From Blastocladiella emersonii ATCC 22665 (lineage: Eukaryota; Fungi; Blastocladiomycota): a stretch of DNA of 64,000 nucleotides. The stretch covers positions 620,001 to 684,000 of the forward strand of contig JANHCV010000007.1 in assembly GCA_025594325.1 (NCBI GenBank). Reading direction: 5' to 3'. A program made the translations under genes and the position numbers. This document shows, one piece after another, positions 34,200 through 46,332 of this stretch. The notes beneath the pieces were generated by a model. That model had not been told where the DNA came from. It did not search any database and saw nothing but the letters and a program-made list of their open reading frames with translations. Position 1 is the first letter of the stretch. The number at the start of each line of letters is the position of its first letter.

Positions 34200-36647
34200 A
34201 TGGAGCGAATGAATCCCGACTTGGCGCAGTCGTCCGACATGGCCGAGCGTGACCCGCCGCCGCTCGGTGAGCTTGACTTCGACGACGTTTACTTGGACAA
34301 GCTCCTCGACGACTTGCTCAACACGCCGCCTACAGCGCCGGCGCAGCCGCGTCAGCTCTCGTCGCCGGACGCGACCATCGCGCCGGCCTACAATCCCGAC
34401 GCCTTCGCGCCGTCCAACGTGGCGCAGGCCTTGCAGGTTATGGCCGATCTCGCCCAGCCTGTGGCCGGCGCGGAAGCGGTGTTCGCACCGCCTCCGCAGC
34501 AGACTTCGCTGCTTCAACCTTCAACACTAGTCCAGCCCGACCTTGCGCTCGCGTACGAGCAGCAGCAGACCTCGCTCTCTGAGAACGGCTCGTTGCCCGT
34601 CTCGTTTCAGCATCACGCTGCGCTCCCGCATCACGCTGCGTTCCCGCATCACGCTGCGCTCCCGCATCACGCTGCGCTCCCGCATCACGCTGCGCTCCCG
34701 CATCACGCTGCGCTCCCGCATCACGCTGCGCTCCCGCATCACGCTGCGCTCTCGCATATCGCTGCTCCTCTGGCTGCGACCGCCTCGGCGCTGCTTCCGG
34801 CCGCGCCGCTCCCTCCTCTGCAGCCCCCTCCTTTCACTCAAGTCCCGCAGGCAATGCTTGGACCTTTCATGGCCACCCAGAACCCCAGCGCTTTCATGGC
34901 GGCCCCGCCGACCGCCACACCCCCTCCAGCGAACAATCAGTTTCTGCCGCGCATTGAGCGCCTGGACGATTGTGTCGTTGGAGACACAGACTACTCGTTC
35001 GTCGAGCGCAATAAGTCTCAGTCTTGGCTCGTGCTGCGCCTCGTTTCGAGCGCAGTGAAACCAGGCAAACCCCGCAATTTGAAGCGCGTCGACAGGAAGG
35101 GCGACATCGTGTTCTTCCCTGTCGTCGTGTACGCGCCAGAGTTCCACCGCGCGCCCAAGCTGCGCATCGAGTGGACCGTCGATCTCACCAAGGTCAACCC
35201 CGAGCAAAAGCTTGCGCCGCCTGGCACGGCCAAAGCCGAACAAGAGCTTCAACTCAAGGAGATCGAGGGGACGTTCCGGTACGAGGGCGTGATCCGTATT
35301 CAGCAGCATTGGACCTTCGTTGGCAGCGACTTCAATACCGAGGAGCAGCTCTTCAACTGCGTCCTGACCATCAACGGCATGGCGGCCATGGTTGGCGGAC
35401 AATGTACGGACCACACCGATTGTTGGCTCCGCGACCGAAGATTCACTCACCCGCAATTCTTTTCGTAGCTCCGTTCAAGATCCAAGTCAAGTCTAGCAAA
35501 AACCGCGAGCCGAAGCGCCCTCGCCCAGCTGACGACGGCGACGAGAATGCTTCTTTGCCGTCCGCTGCTTCATCAGCCGAGTCGACGCCGTTGTCATCGA
35601 GCGCGTCGGCCGAACCGTCGCCGTCGTCAGCGAGCGCGTCGCCGCTTCCTGTGCCTCAGCCGCTTCCTGTGCCTCAGCCGCCCAAGAAGCAGGAGCTGCT
35701 TCTTGCCGCCATGCAGGCCAGCCGCGACCCGCTTGCGCCTGAGCTGATTGCTGCGCTCGCGTCGCCCGACGTGCATTTCACGCCGTACGCTCTCACCCAG
35801 GCCTACTCGCTCCTCATCGACCGGCATCTCGCAGACGAGGAGTCGGAGTGGCAGCCCGACGACATCGCGCGCGTTCTTGTCCTGCTCCTGCGTCGCGGGA
35901 ACTGGACCAACCCTGGTGCGTGCCACGCTCGCGGCGCTCGTCTTTCTCGAGCACCTGCTGACACACCACCGGCCCCCTGTAGCCGCTTGGTCTGCTGCCG
36001 CGAATGGCGCCGTCAAGTTCCCGTACCTGTTCCACCACGTCGCCGAGCACGTCCACGATCCCGCCCGCGTCAACGCCGTCTTCTCCGCGCTGCGCACCGG
36101 CGACGCGCCCGGTCTCCCTCCGCAGCTCGACCCGCGTCCCGAATGGCCGCCCGCCGACTGGTCCGCCGCCGTCTTCCACCCGCTCACGCTGCAGGACCGC
36201 CCCGACCGCCACCGCGGCCGCGCCATCAACCGCCGCGCGATTCACACGGCCGCGTTCTGCAAGAACACGGCGTTCGTCGTCGCGCACGTGCGGTACGCGA
36301 CGCCCGAGGCCTCGCTCGCCAAGAACCCGGACCACGGCGGCAACCTGTTTCACACGCTGTGCGCGTCGGCGTCGGAGCATGTGACGCTGCGGCTTCTGTG
36401 GGCCGAAATCGAGGCCTGCGGCGATCCGGCCAAGCGCGCGGCGTTTGAGCGCGCCGCGGTCGAGCCGAACCGGAAGGGCACGTCGCCTAAGGGAATGGCC
36501 GAGTACCAGGTCAAGCACCCGTTTGGGTCCCACGAGGCGAACGAGGCCAAGCGGATGACGCTCGAGTGGATCGACCAGCTCGAGTCGCAGTTCAAGGCGC
36601 TCAGCATCAGCGACGAGCTCGCGATGCCATCGCCAACGTGGATGTGA
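34200..36647 (+). CDS. Hypothetical protein: acidic/Pro-rich N-terminus, HHAALP repeats, beta-rich domain, ankyrin-like C-terminus (3 exons)
   Basis: Frames join through GT-AG introns 35404-35468 and about 35917-35982. Ankyrin-like GGNLFHTLC and NRKGTSP segments. Confidence 0.6.
34611..34766 (+). repeat. 18-bp coding tandem repeat (CATCACGCTGCGCTCCCG)8 encoding HHAALP
   Basis: Eight near-identical units plus a partial ninth. Confidence 0.95.
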
Positions 36648-36704
36648 TTGATTAGTTTTGTGATGTGTGTGTATGATATACAATCCCCTGTTTTTGTGTC
36701 CATG

Positions 36705-38370
36705 TCACAGCTCCATGACCGCCTTGAGCGTCGGCATCAGCTCGCTGCCGGGGAACCGCCCGAGACACCCGCGCGCGACTGAGATCTCGTCGAACTGCGT
36801 CACGCCGTCCACGGCCGCGGTCTCGCGGCGCCGGCCGAGGTTGGCGAGCACGACAGGGACCGGCTCGTGCGAGTGGTCGCCGTACAGCACCGGCGTCGAG
36901 TGGTCGCCTGTCACGATGGCCATGTACTACGGAACGTGGGGTGTGAGTGACCGCGGGTTGCAATGAGGGTGGGAAAGCGTACCCGCGTCGTCGCGTCCGC
37001 ATCGAGCGCCTTGACAGCGTGGCCGATGGCCGAGTCGATGAGCTGTAGGAAATGGACCTGTTACGCGTCGCGGCAGTGAGCGATGGACACTATGGGGCGA
37101 TGGCCGTGGTCGCCGTACCTTCTTCTCCACGTCGCGGTCGTGGCCAGCGTCATCAACGGCCTTGAAGTGCACGAATCCAAAGTCGTAGTCTACGCGTTAG
37201 CGCGAGATTCGGCCGTCAGATTCCCTTGAGTGAGAAAGCGACAGATCGCGTACCATCCGACTGGATCAGCTCAACGGCGCGGTTGACCTTGGCCATAAAG
37301 TCGGACCGGTAGTCGCCCGTCGCGCCCTTGACCGGGATCACGTCTACCTCGCCACCCGCCCGTCAGCCTCACACCTCTCACCCCCACCACGCCCGCGCGT
37401 ACCCATGCCAACCGTCATCCCGAGCCCCGCGATGATACACGTGGGCGCGACCATAAACGCTCCCCGCGCAAACCCGTGCCGCTCGGCGAACGGCGTGACG
37501 CGGATCCGCATCCCGCCGCCGCGCAGCAGCACGCAGTTGGCCGGCGGCTTGCCGTCGCGCACGCGCACCGCGTTGATCGGATGCGCCGATAGGATCGCGG
37601 TCATGGCGGCAGTCAGCTCGTTGAGGAGGAGCGCGGTGCGCGCGGATTCGGGGGTCGCGGTGAGGGGGATCGACGTGATGAGTGGGAGGCTACACGGGCG
37701 CGCGGGCGGGTGTGAGTGGTTGAGAGAGTGATGAGTAAGGGGAGGAAGGACGTGCTTGTCCTTGAGCGGGTCGGTGCCGAGGATCTCGTCCGACAGGCCG
37801 GGCCCGCGCAGCCGCACGCCGCACCGGTGCTCGGTCGCGTACTTGACGGCGACCTCGATCTCGGGGAAGTTGGGCAGTTTCCTAGCACCGCTCGCGAGTC
37901 AGCGTACATGGGGAAGGCGAAGCGAGTTGAAGAACGTGCAGTCCGTTGAGCGCAGCACACAGGTCCGGCCCGACCCCCTCGAAATGCCGATCCGCGCGCC
38001 GACTCACGACCACGCCCGTTGCCGTATCCAGCACCGCAAAGTTGCTCTTGAACGCGACGTCGCCCGGGCGCATCTCGAGCCCGGCGCCCATGCACTCGAA
38101 GGCGCCGCGGCCGCGGTAGTGCTCGCGCGGCGGGTACCCGAGCAGGCTCAGGTGCGCCGTGTCGGACCCGCACGCGAGCCCGGGCTCGACCGGGTCCATG
38201 AGCCCCGTCACGCCGCGCGCAGCGAGGGCGTCGAGGTGCGGCACCGACGCGGCCTGCAGCGGGGTGCGGTGGTTGAGTGTGGGGACGGCGACGTCGCCGA
38301 TGCCGTCGATCAGGAACAGCAGCGCCTTGCGCCGGGTTGTGGTGATGCGTTCGTGCGTGGTAGCTAACAT
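36705..38370 (-). CDS. apgM: Cofactor-independent phosphoglycerate mutase, archaeal/ApgM type, about 6 introns
   Basis: FLIDGIGD, TPLQAA, GSDTAHLSLLGY (phospho-Ser), YRGRGAFE, YATEHRC, ANCVLLRG, HFKAVDDAGHD, VTGDHSTP, DHSHEPVP. Confidence 0.92.
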
Positions 38371-38693
38371 GGTTGTCAAGGCGGTGTTGGGGAGAGAGAG
38401 CGAATCGTTGGGAGAGCCGGCCTTCTTGTAGTGCGCCGAGTGGAGCCAGTTCATTCGATCGACGCGCTCTCACGTTTGGCGAACGCGTCGCGTCGCGTGC
38501 AACGAGTGGCTTGACCCGCGAGACGTGTATAAAGGGCATTTAGGGCCACAGTACAAGAAATGTGGGGACCCAGTCGGACTCGCGCACGCGCAAAAACAGA
38601 CCGAGTGCGCCCAGGTAAGGCGGGAAGGGTGGGAGGAAGGGAGGGGAGGACAAGACCGTCGAGCGAGGGTGCGACGCCTTGGACCGAGCGGCC

Positions 38694-39560
38694 CTAGTTG
38701 CCGCCGCCGCGACCACAGCCACGGCCGCGACCACGGCCACGGTGACCGCGGCACCCGCGCGCGCGAGCGTGCTCGTACACGCGCGCCGCCACCGGGTTGA
38801 CAGTGTTGTTGCTGCTGCTGCTGCTGCTGCTGCCCATGGTTATGGCCGTGGTACCCGTCGAGGGCGCCACCGCCGCCGCCGCCATGAGCGCGCGCAAGAT
38901 CTGAGCCGCTGTCCACGGCTGGCCCGCGGACCGCCGCGACGCCGAGCCGAGCCCCATGGCCCGTGCTGCCGCCACCGTCGTTGTCGCCGCCGAGGAAGTC
39001 GGGCGACCCGACGTCGCAGTACGAGACTGGACAGTCGAGGCCGACGAGGGCTGCATGTTGACGGGGCTGGGCGACGAGGGCCCAAAGGACGCGACGCGAC
39101 GGCGCTTGTGGGACGCGGTAGCAGGCGCGGAGGAGCGCGAAGGCGAGGACGCGCTTGTTGATCTTGATCTCATTCTTGACGCCGAGCTTGGCGAGCGAGG
39201 TCTTGGCGAGGGCGAGGGCGAAGACGACGATGACGAGCGGCTGCGGGCTTGGCCACGCGCGAGCCCGTGGTCGCCGTTGTTGCCGTGGTCACGGTCGTCG
39301 AGGTCCGTGGCCTTGGAGCCGCGGTGGTCGTCGCCTTGGTCACCACCTCGACCGCCACCACCTGGACCACCATCTGGACCACCACCACCGCCATCTGGAC
39401 CATCACCACCACCACCACCACCACCTGGACCGTCGGCGGGCTCGTCCGCGTAGCCGGGGTCGCCCTCGAACCGCGACGCGTTCGTTACGTTTGCGCCTCC
39501 TCTAAACTTTGGAACACCTTGTTGGAAATCACCTCGAATACGTCCGCAACCAAGTGCTCA
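38694..39560 (-). pseudogene. Headless low-complexity coding tail (G/D-rich, then S/R-rich)
   Basis: Frame is open from about 39560 (GCGRIRGDFQQG...DGPGGGGGGDGPDG...) to the stop at 38694; an in-frame TGA lies upstream and there is no convincing start. Confidence 0.35.
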
Positions 39561-39635
39561 CTTCATGCATGCATCTCCTCACATCCTTCCTAACGGCTGC
39601 ACTCATTTCCGCGCAACAGAAACACATCCAACACC

Positions 39636-40031
39636 ATGGATCCGCAGCAGCCCGCCGAACAACAGCCTGCCCAGCACCTCAATTACACCGGCCCAGGTGC
39701 CGAGCATCTTAACGGGCTTGTCACGGTGAGTCTTCAGATGGACCAGCAGCTGACTGAGCAGAAGGTACAGCTTGAAGCGCAGCAGGCGCAGCTTGACGCA
39801 CAGCAGGTGCAGCTCGACACAATCCCCGCCATGAAGGCTCAAATCGCCAAATTGCAGGCGCAGCTTGACGCGCAGCAGGCCCAGCTTGACACGGTGCCCG
39901 GCATGAAGTCCAAGGTCGCCAAACTGTAGGCGCTGGTCAACGCCTCGCAACAGGAGCAGATCAAAGCGTATCAGTTGCAGTTCAACCCGCTGGTGGCTGT
40001 TGTCCGGGAAGAAGTCCCAGAACCGCATCCA
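39636..40031 (+). pseudogene. Small coiled-coil ORF with a premature stop
   Basis: Internal 63-nt repeat (QAQLDAQQxQLDTxPxMKxxxAKL)x2. TAG at 39927-39929 aligns to CAG in the first repeat copy, and the frame continues past it. Confidence 0.5.
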
Positions 40032-40153
40032 GGTTTGAGTTGTTTTCGATAATTTCTATGTGGTTTTACGCCATTTGAATACGCCAAATAGCCGCACGCA
40101 AGTGCTTATAAGCAGCACACGGACGACTTCGCTCATCCAAGCGTGCCACGGAT

Positions 40154-40191
40154 GTGAGACGCGTCTCGAAATCACGTCCGGATCACGTGGG
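40154..40191 (+). promoter_or_regulatory. Conserved upstream motif GAGACGCGTCTCGAAATCACG...GATCACG (copy 1)
   Basis: Near-identical motif about 120-150 nt upstream of each LRR ATG. Confidence 0.55.
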
Positions 40192-40322
40192 AACAGCGCA
40201 AGCCTCGCGCTTCGCCGCTCCGGTCAGTCAGCGGCTGAGCCACCCGAGGGTTCAAGGCGGCCGCCTCTTGTGCTGAGCCCACCCTCCCTTCGTGAACCAT
40301 GCTATTGTGTCATTGAAACACC

Positions 40323-42023
40323 ATGAAGCTTCATGTAACCGTTCTAGTCGAGGACATACTCGTTCGAGCGGTCCATCTCCACGACCCGATGGACGGAACT
40401 GGTCTGTTGCAGTACGCACGAGTCCTTCCGCAGAGCCAAGCACCGCGCGTCTTTCGCGCCGTCACGGAACGCGCGCTCAACGAGGTTTCTGTTGGCGACG
40501 CAGTGGCGAAAGGCCACGTCTGGGCTCTCAATTTATGGGCGGCGAGCGGTCAAACTCTTCGCATCGAGCAAGCCCAGTTCATGAAGGCTGTCCATGGCGG
40601 TCACTTTAACGTCGTGAACTGGCTGCGTCGTTCGCACATTTTTGTCAAAGAAGAGAGTCGTAATAGCGACGAGCGGAGACTGATGCGCTTGCTCTTGGAC
40701 GAGCAGCCGCCATGGTTTGAAGCCGTGCGCAGCAGTCTTGGCCCGGTGCGTCCTTGCCCGCTGCGGGCACGTTTCTTGGTCGACTTTGCTGACAAACCCT
40801 TTCCCATGATACAGGGCAGCCTCTCTTGCGCACCAGGCGACCTGCTTGCACTTCTTCTCTGTAAACGCATTGCTTCAGGCGAGACGAGCTTCCTGGAACT
40901 CAAAAATGCTCGACTGACCGAGTACGGCGCCCGCTTGCTTGCAGACGCGTTCGCCAGTCCAGCTCAACGGGTGGAGCTGATCAAGTTCAAGGATCTTTGC
41001 CTCTCATTTCCTGTGCTAGCGACGTTTGCTTTATCGAGCTCCGCGAAAGTGTTCAAGCTGTACGATGTGTTCTACGTCGAGGATGTTGCAGGCTCACCAA
41101 CTGCAATGCAGTGGCTCCCCAAAAGCGCCAAGGAGCTCTACTTTATGGGTTATAGGGACTTTCAGATGCCCAATTCAGCCCTTTACTTCCGCAACCTCCC
41201 TGATTCGCTCGAGCTGATTGATATCAACTCTCTTGACATGGACGTCGAAGACTTCGCGAACTTGGCGCATGGTATTCCCGGCAGCCTTCGCTCCCTGACC
41301 ATCATGGAGTTCTATCCTTGCCACGAGTCTTGTCAGGTCCTGATGGCACATCTTCCACCCACGCTCGAAGTGCTCAGGTTTGGGCCCGAGAAGTTTTACG
41401 CCAATACCGCACTTGCAATCGTTTCGAATCTACCACGATCTCTTCGCGAACTCGAACTTCAACTCAGTGAACTCAATTCGGATGGAGCCAAGGCTTTGGC
41501 CCTCAACATGCCACCTAAGCTCGAGATCCTACACCTAATGACGTGCGAGATTTATGGCGACGGACTACGCGAGCTTCTTGGTTCACTCCCTTCTACGCTT
41601 ACAATGCTTATTATTGAACGAGAAGCCAAGGTTACAGACGACTGCGCGGCCGCTCTCGCGCACAACTTTCCGCCGCGACTCAAGTCTCTCACCCTCGAAG
41701 GCGTAGTAGACCTGACATCAACTGGAGCGATGATACTTGCCGCGCATCTTCCCGCCGGACTCGAGATGTTGAATCTTGGGGGCAATGAGAGCATTGGTTC
41801 TGAAGCTGCGTTTCTAGTCTTTGCGAGTTCGCCCGCTTCATTGCGACATCTCTATCTGCAATCGGTTGGTTTGGATGACGCGTTTTTGAACAAGCTCAAC
41901 TGTTACATGATCGAAAACGGAAAGTCGTCGCTGCAAACACTTTCACTCAACCTTGAGCACAACGAGTTTGCCGCGGAAACTTTAGCCAAGTTTCGACCCC
42001 AAATCGATGCCAAGTTTGATTGA
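40323..42023 (+). CDS. RNI-like leucine-rich repeat protein, paralog 1 (intact; in-frame intron about 40747-40816)
   Basis: Repeats of the LPxSLxxLxL type. N-terminus MKLHVTVLVEDILVRAVHLHDP is shared with the two downstream paralogs, and the intron position is conserved. Confidence 0.8.
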   Translation: MKLHVTVLVEDILVRAVHLHDPMDGTGLLQYARVLPQSQAPRVFRAVTERALNEVSVGDAVAKGHVWALNLWAASGQTLRIEQAQFMKAVHGGHFNVVNWLRRSHIFVKEESRNSDERRLMRLLLDEQPPWFEAVRSSLGPVRPCPLRARFLVDFADKPFPMIQGSLSCAPGDLLALLLCKRIASGETSFLELKNARLTEYGARLLADAFASPAQRVELIKFKDLCLSFPVLATFALSSSAKVFKLYDVFYVEDVAGSPTAMQWLPKSAKELYFMGYRDFQMPNSALYFRNLPDSLELIDINSLDMDVEDFANLAHGIPGSLRSLTIMEFYPCHESCQVLMAHLPPTLEVLRFGPEKFYANTALAIVSNLPRSLRELELQLSELNSDGAKALALNMPPKLEILHLMTCEIYGDGLRELLGSLPSTLTMLIIEREAKVTDDCAAALAHNFPPRLKSLTLEGVVDLTSTGAMILAAHLPAGLEMLNLGGNESIGSEAAFLVFASSPASLRHLYLQSVGLDDAFLNKLNCYMIENGKSSLQTLSLNLEHNEFAAETLAKFRPQIDAKFD

Positions 42024-42035
42024 TCTCTCGTACGC

Positions 42036-42056
42036 TATATATATATATATATATAT
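42036..42056. repeat. (TA)10 microsatellite
   Basis: Pure TA run just after the LRR1 stop. Confidence 0.9.
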
Positions 42057-42494
42057 TCTATTTGTTACTCGTTGTGAAAAGGTTTGCCTTCTGTCTGGTT
42101 CGCCAAAGACCATTCGAGGGCTAAAGCCCTCTTTCTAGACCGGGTCGCTGCCGGATAGGGTGCCGACGCTCACGTGAGCGCCATGCACGTGAGCGACCCG
42201 AAAACGCGTGACAGACGCGTCGTTTCTCATGTGACTGCTGTGGCGCAACGCGTCCTGGCCTTGCACGTGATCGGCCTCGGCCCAACCCGCGGAAGCGCCG
42301 CGCCGCGCCAACCACTCAAGGGCGAGCGGAGCGCGTTGCACCGACTCGCGTGCCTTCGCCAGCTTCAGAGTTCAAGAGGATCGGAGCGATGTGAACGTAG
42401 GAGAACGAAAAGTACATCTTTGTGCGGGAGGAAACAAGAGTCTGCGCGAGTCTGCGCGAGGGGAATGAACAGAGTCGGGGCGGGAGCGAGTGCA

Positions 42495-43376
42495 TCAGGT
42501 CGACGAGGACAGGCGGCCGCTGCGGCGCCGCTTGGGCTGCGCCTCGTGCTCGTCGTTGACGACGCACTCCTCGTGCTCCTCCTCGGCGGCCGCGGCGGCG
42601 GTCGCCGCCGTGCGCTTCGTCGCGTTGGCGGTAGACGTCGGGACACCGGCTTGGTCGTCACCGATGGCGGCGGGCGTGCACGCCGCGAGCGCAGCGGTTG
42701 TCGGAGCCGCAGCTGCGGCCGCGTCGTCCATGTCGCACCCGACCGACACGGAGTTTGAGTCCGGCACCCCCACGACGATTTTGTCGATGCTGCCGATCGC
42801 GATGAACGAGTGCGTCCAAATGGGGTCCGCGCAGCTCGGGAAGCCGCCGTACTTCTTGGTGCCGGTGTTCTTGCCGCCGGCGTTCTTGGTGTTGGCGGGC
42901 GAGTTGATGGCGGGCGGCACGACAGCGGGCGGCTGGATCGCGTGCTCCTGCGTCACGGGCGCCGCGGCGGGCGAGACGACGGCGGCCGAGATGTTGACGG
43001 GCTGCTGGATCGTGAGCTGCTGCGCCGCGGGTTCCGCGGCAATCGAGGCGGCGACCTGCTGCACACCGTGACCAGCGGCGCCCGATGCGACGCCGTTTGC
43101 CGCGGCGCGGGCGGCCTGGTGCGCGGCGAGGTTGTTGACAAAGTTCTCGCGGCCGTCGCGCATGCACTCGTGGTACACCTCCGTGGCCTCGTTGAGCTCG
43201 GCCCGCATGCCCTTCATCGTGCGCGGCACGCCTGCCGAGGTGAAGGCCTCGTCGCCGGGGAAGCCCGGGTCGTCGTCGGATTCTGAAGAGTCCGACGCGT
43301 TCACGTCGCAGAGGAACCGCGGCTGCGGCGGTGCCGTCAGCGTCGCGCGAGCCGGAGCCGTGCTTGGCGTCGTCGG
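42495..43376 (-). pseudogene. Element A antisense accessory ORF (N-terminally truncated)
   Basis: Shares QPRFxxDV..DPxF, MxGxxxELN and KRTAA..EAxPKRRRxGR with the element B antisense ORF; no ATG. Confidence 0.7.
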
Positions 43377-43377
43377 T

Positions 43378-45891
43378 CAGTCGGAGAACGACATTGTTCT
43401 CGACCCGACTATCGTCAACTCGGACGTGGAGGGCATCCTGGCCGACAACGGCGAAACCGAGGCGAACCTCGAGCGCATCAAGAGCGTGACCTCTACGCTG
43501 ATCCCTGGAATGGGCCACGGCATGATGGGCACCCTGCTCTTCCCCGACGTGCAGCCGTTCGATGTCAACGCCGCGCCGCCGCCGCCGTACCTCGAGACGC
43601 CCATCTCGCCGACTGACGTCAAGAAAATCATGGCTCAACTATGCGCTGCCGCGGCTCAAGGTCATCCGACCGCGGATGTCGGCGCCGTACCTGTCGTTCC
43701 CGGGCCCAGGCAGCCGCCCATGATCGGTATTGTTCCCGCAGTGCCATCTGGAGCCTTGAAAAACACATCTCAGCATGGTATCGACCCGGAAATGGCCGCC
43801 GACGTGCCCGAACCAGAACTCGGACCAGCCGTCGACGTTTGGCGCAGCGCCTTCACAACCACGCCAACGGATCCTGACGCGCGCGCGCGGTTCCTCATCA
43901 CCAAGGCCGCGCACTCGATCAGCAACTTTGCCTACGACACACGCGGCGACGAGTGGAGCGACGGAAAGCAGCGCACTGTGCACACGCCCGCGTACGCGAG
44001 CCTCGCGCAGGTCTCGCTCAAGTTCAACCTCAACGAAGAGCAGCACCGCGCGTTCGTGCTCTTCCTCATGCCGCTCATCGACATCTTCATCGGCGGCAAC
44101 GCGGGTATCGCTCGGCCGAGCAGAACGTGATCCTGTTGGGCCGCGACAACGTCCAACATGTCGTCGGCACCGCGGCCCTCCCGCCCATGAGCAAGGACCG
44201 GACGCCGATCATCCTCACCGGCTTGGGCGGCACGGGCAAGTCGCGCGTCGTCGATGCAATCCGATACTTTCTCGCGTCCTGGAACCGGGAAAGTGCCTCA
44301 TGGTCATGGCCATGACCGGGATCGCGGCCGCCAACATTGGCGGTACGACCATCCACGCCGCGTTCTCTTTTTCGCTAAGGCCGAAAGAAAACAGCCCGGA
44401 CGTGGCCCGTTTGCGTACCGATCCTGCGGTTGCCATCGCGTGGAAAGGGCGTCTCGGCGTCGCCATCGACAAGTTCTCCATGTGCGATGCGACTTTACTC
44501 GGCCGTATCGACGCGAACCTGCGCCTCCTGCGGCGGTGCGACGAACCATTCGGCAGGTGCATCGTCATGCTCGCTGGCGATCATTTACAGCTGCCTCCCG
44601 TCAACGGAACTGCCCTGTACAAGGTGCCCGCCGTGCTCAACGACGCGCCGGACTCGTTCTACCTGCGCATGACGTCAAATCAATTGACGGTCCCCGAGCA
44701 CGTGGATCGAGGCCAGGTCGCGTACTGGCGCACTACACGCGCTGTTCGTCTCTTGAAGAGCAACCGATTTGTCGACGATCCACCATGGGGCAACGAAATG
44801 GACGCGCTCCGCCTCGTCGAGGCGTCGGACACGCTGTGCGACCTGATCAACTCGCGTACGAACACTCAGCTTCAGCAGCAGGTCGACGAAAACGGCAACA
44901 ACATCCTCAAGGAGATCCTCAAGAAGCCCGGACTCAAGGTTATCGCGCCCGACAACCACACGCGCCACGCCTTCAACCTGCTCTACACGCGGCTCGCAGC
45001 AGCAAACCCGAACCGCGTCGTGTTCCAGATCAAGGGCAACATCACGCGCCCGCGTGATAGGCGCCGCACGCGTGAACGCGTCGCCATCTGCGACAAGGAC
45101 GTGTTCCGCCTCGGAGGAGAGCCAGAAACCACGACTGAACTGCCGGCCATCCTCGAGCTCTTCGTCGGAATGGAGATGCGCGTCAAGACCAACCAGTGCG
45201 TAGCAAAGGGGTGCGCGAATGGTGCGGTTGGCGTCGTGCACCACATCGACTGGAAGCCCGAGACCACGTTCACGCGAACCGCGTCCAACATGTACCGGCC
45301 ATCCTGCGCTCCACTCAACGTGTGGATCGACCTGCCCGACGCTCCTCGTGGCCCTCGCTTCCCGGGCATGCCGGCCGCGTGGCCTGACACGGTCATCCCG
45401 CTTGCCGTGGAGAAGAAGGACTTCCTGTACATGGCGGGCAGTTCCACGTCGCGAGAGCGGGTCGTCAGCACAACGGGGGATTCGCTCCCGCTCTGTGTCA
45501 ACAACACCAAAACCAACAGGAGCAAGTATCCTAATCATGTCGTTGCGCACATCAAGCAGTACCCGATGGTACCAGCCTTCGCCATGACCCAAGAGCCGTG
45601 CTCAAGTCCTTGAAGCCGGATCCACTCGCAGTGGCCGAGGACAAGCGGCTCCAGATGCTCGGCGAGCTGACCAAGACCGCTTTCGATCAAGGTACAGCCA
45701 TCGCACCAGGCGACCCGCGCATCGCCAAGCTCTTCGACGACGCGATTCTCTTCTCGCGCCAGCACGCGGCTGAGAAGCTAGTCACCAAGCGCGCGTCAGA
45801 TGCTCTCAACGCAAGGTTTTGGCGATTGGCCAAGAAACGTGCTGGAGGCGAGGACGGCTCACAGAACGCCAAGAAACAGAAAACACAGTAG
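43378..45891 (+). pseudogene. Element A PIF1-family helicase (RepHel C-terminal part), disrupted
   Basis: LNEEQHRAF, GLGGTGKS, MTGIAAANIGGTTIH, IDKFSM (Walker B E->K), GDHLQLPPV, VGMEMRVKTN..CANG, YPMVPAFAMT. Frameshifts near 44105 and 44290; motifs V-VI deleted. Confidence 0.88.
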
Positions 45892-46332
45892 AGTATTAAC
45901 GTAGTGTATTCCATCATCTAATCCGTCAATAGCACGATTTCCATAGCTCGATCACCTAAATCTCCTGTGCGGGACGCACGGGACAGCACCTCCACCAGAC
46001 GTGCACCATACGGGGCGGGGGCTTTAGCCCTCGATTGAAAGCCAAACGCGAAGCGTTTAGGTGCCTCAAGTATAATTTGTTATCGAGGGCTAAAGCCCTC
46101 TATTTTTGCCTAGCCGACGCGCGTCCTTGGGATCTGACGTGTCTCCCTGGCCCACGTGCGTCACGCACGTGTTTCACGGGATATAACCAACGCGTCTGAG
46201 TCTCCCACCACCAAGCTCTCTCGCCTGCAGTCAATCGTGATAGTAACAAAAAAAAATCAAGTATTGTGAATGAGAGGACAGCAACAACAAAGGAGGGAAA
46301 CGGAGGAAGTGGAGAGAGGAACACGACGTCGT

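Larger units (their letters stand above)
42114..46070 (+). mobile_element. Helitron2/HLE2-like element A (3957 bp, non-autonomous)
   Basis: 5' TCGAGGGCTAAAGCCCTC. Inverted copy GGGCTTTAGCCCTCGA at 46019-46034. GAA-loop hairpin at 46041-46062. Ends CAAG|T. Carries a PIF1 helicase remnant. Confidence 0.85.

Noticed and set aside
34611-34766. CRISPR-like array
   Set aside because: The units are contiguous with no spacers and are in frame within a CDS.
42036-42056. (TA)n as target-site duplication or terminus of element A
   Set aside because: It lies 58 nt outside the ATIR and has no counterpart at the other end.
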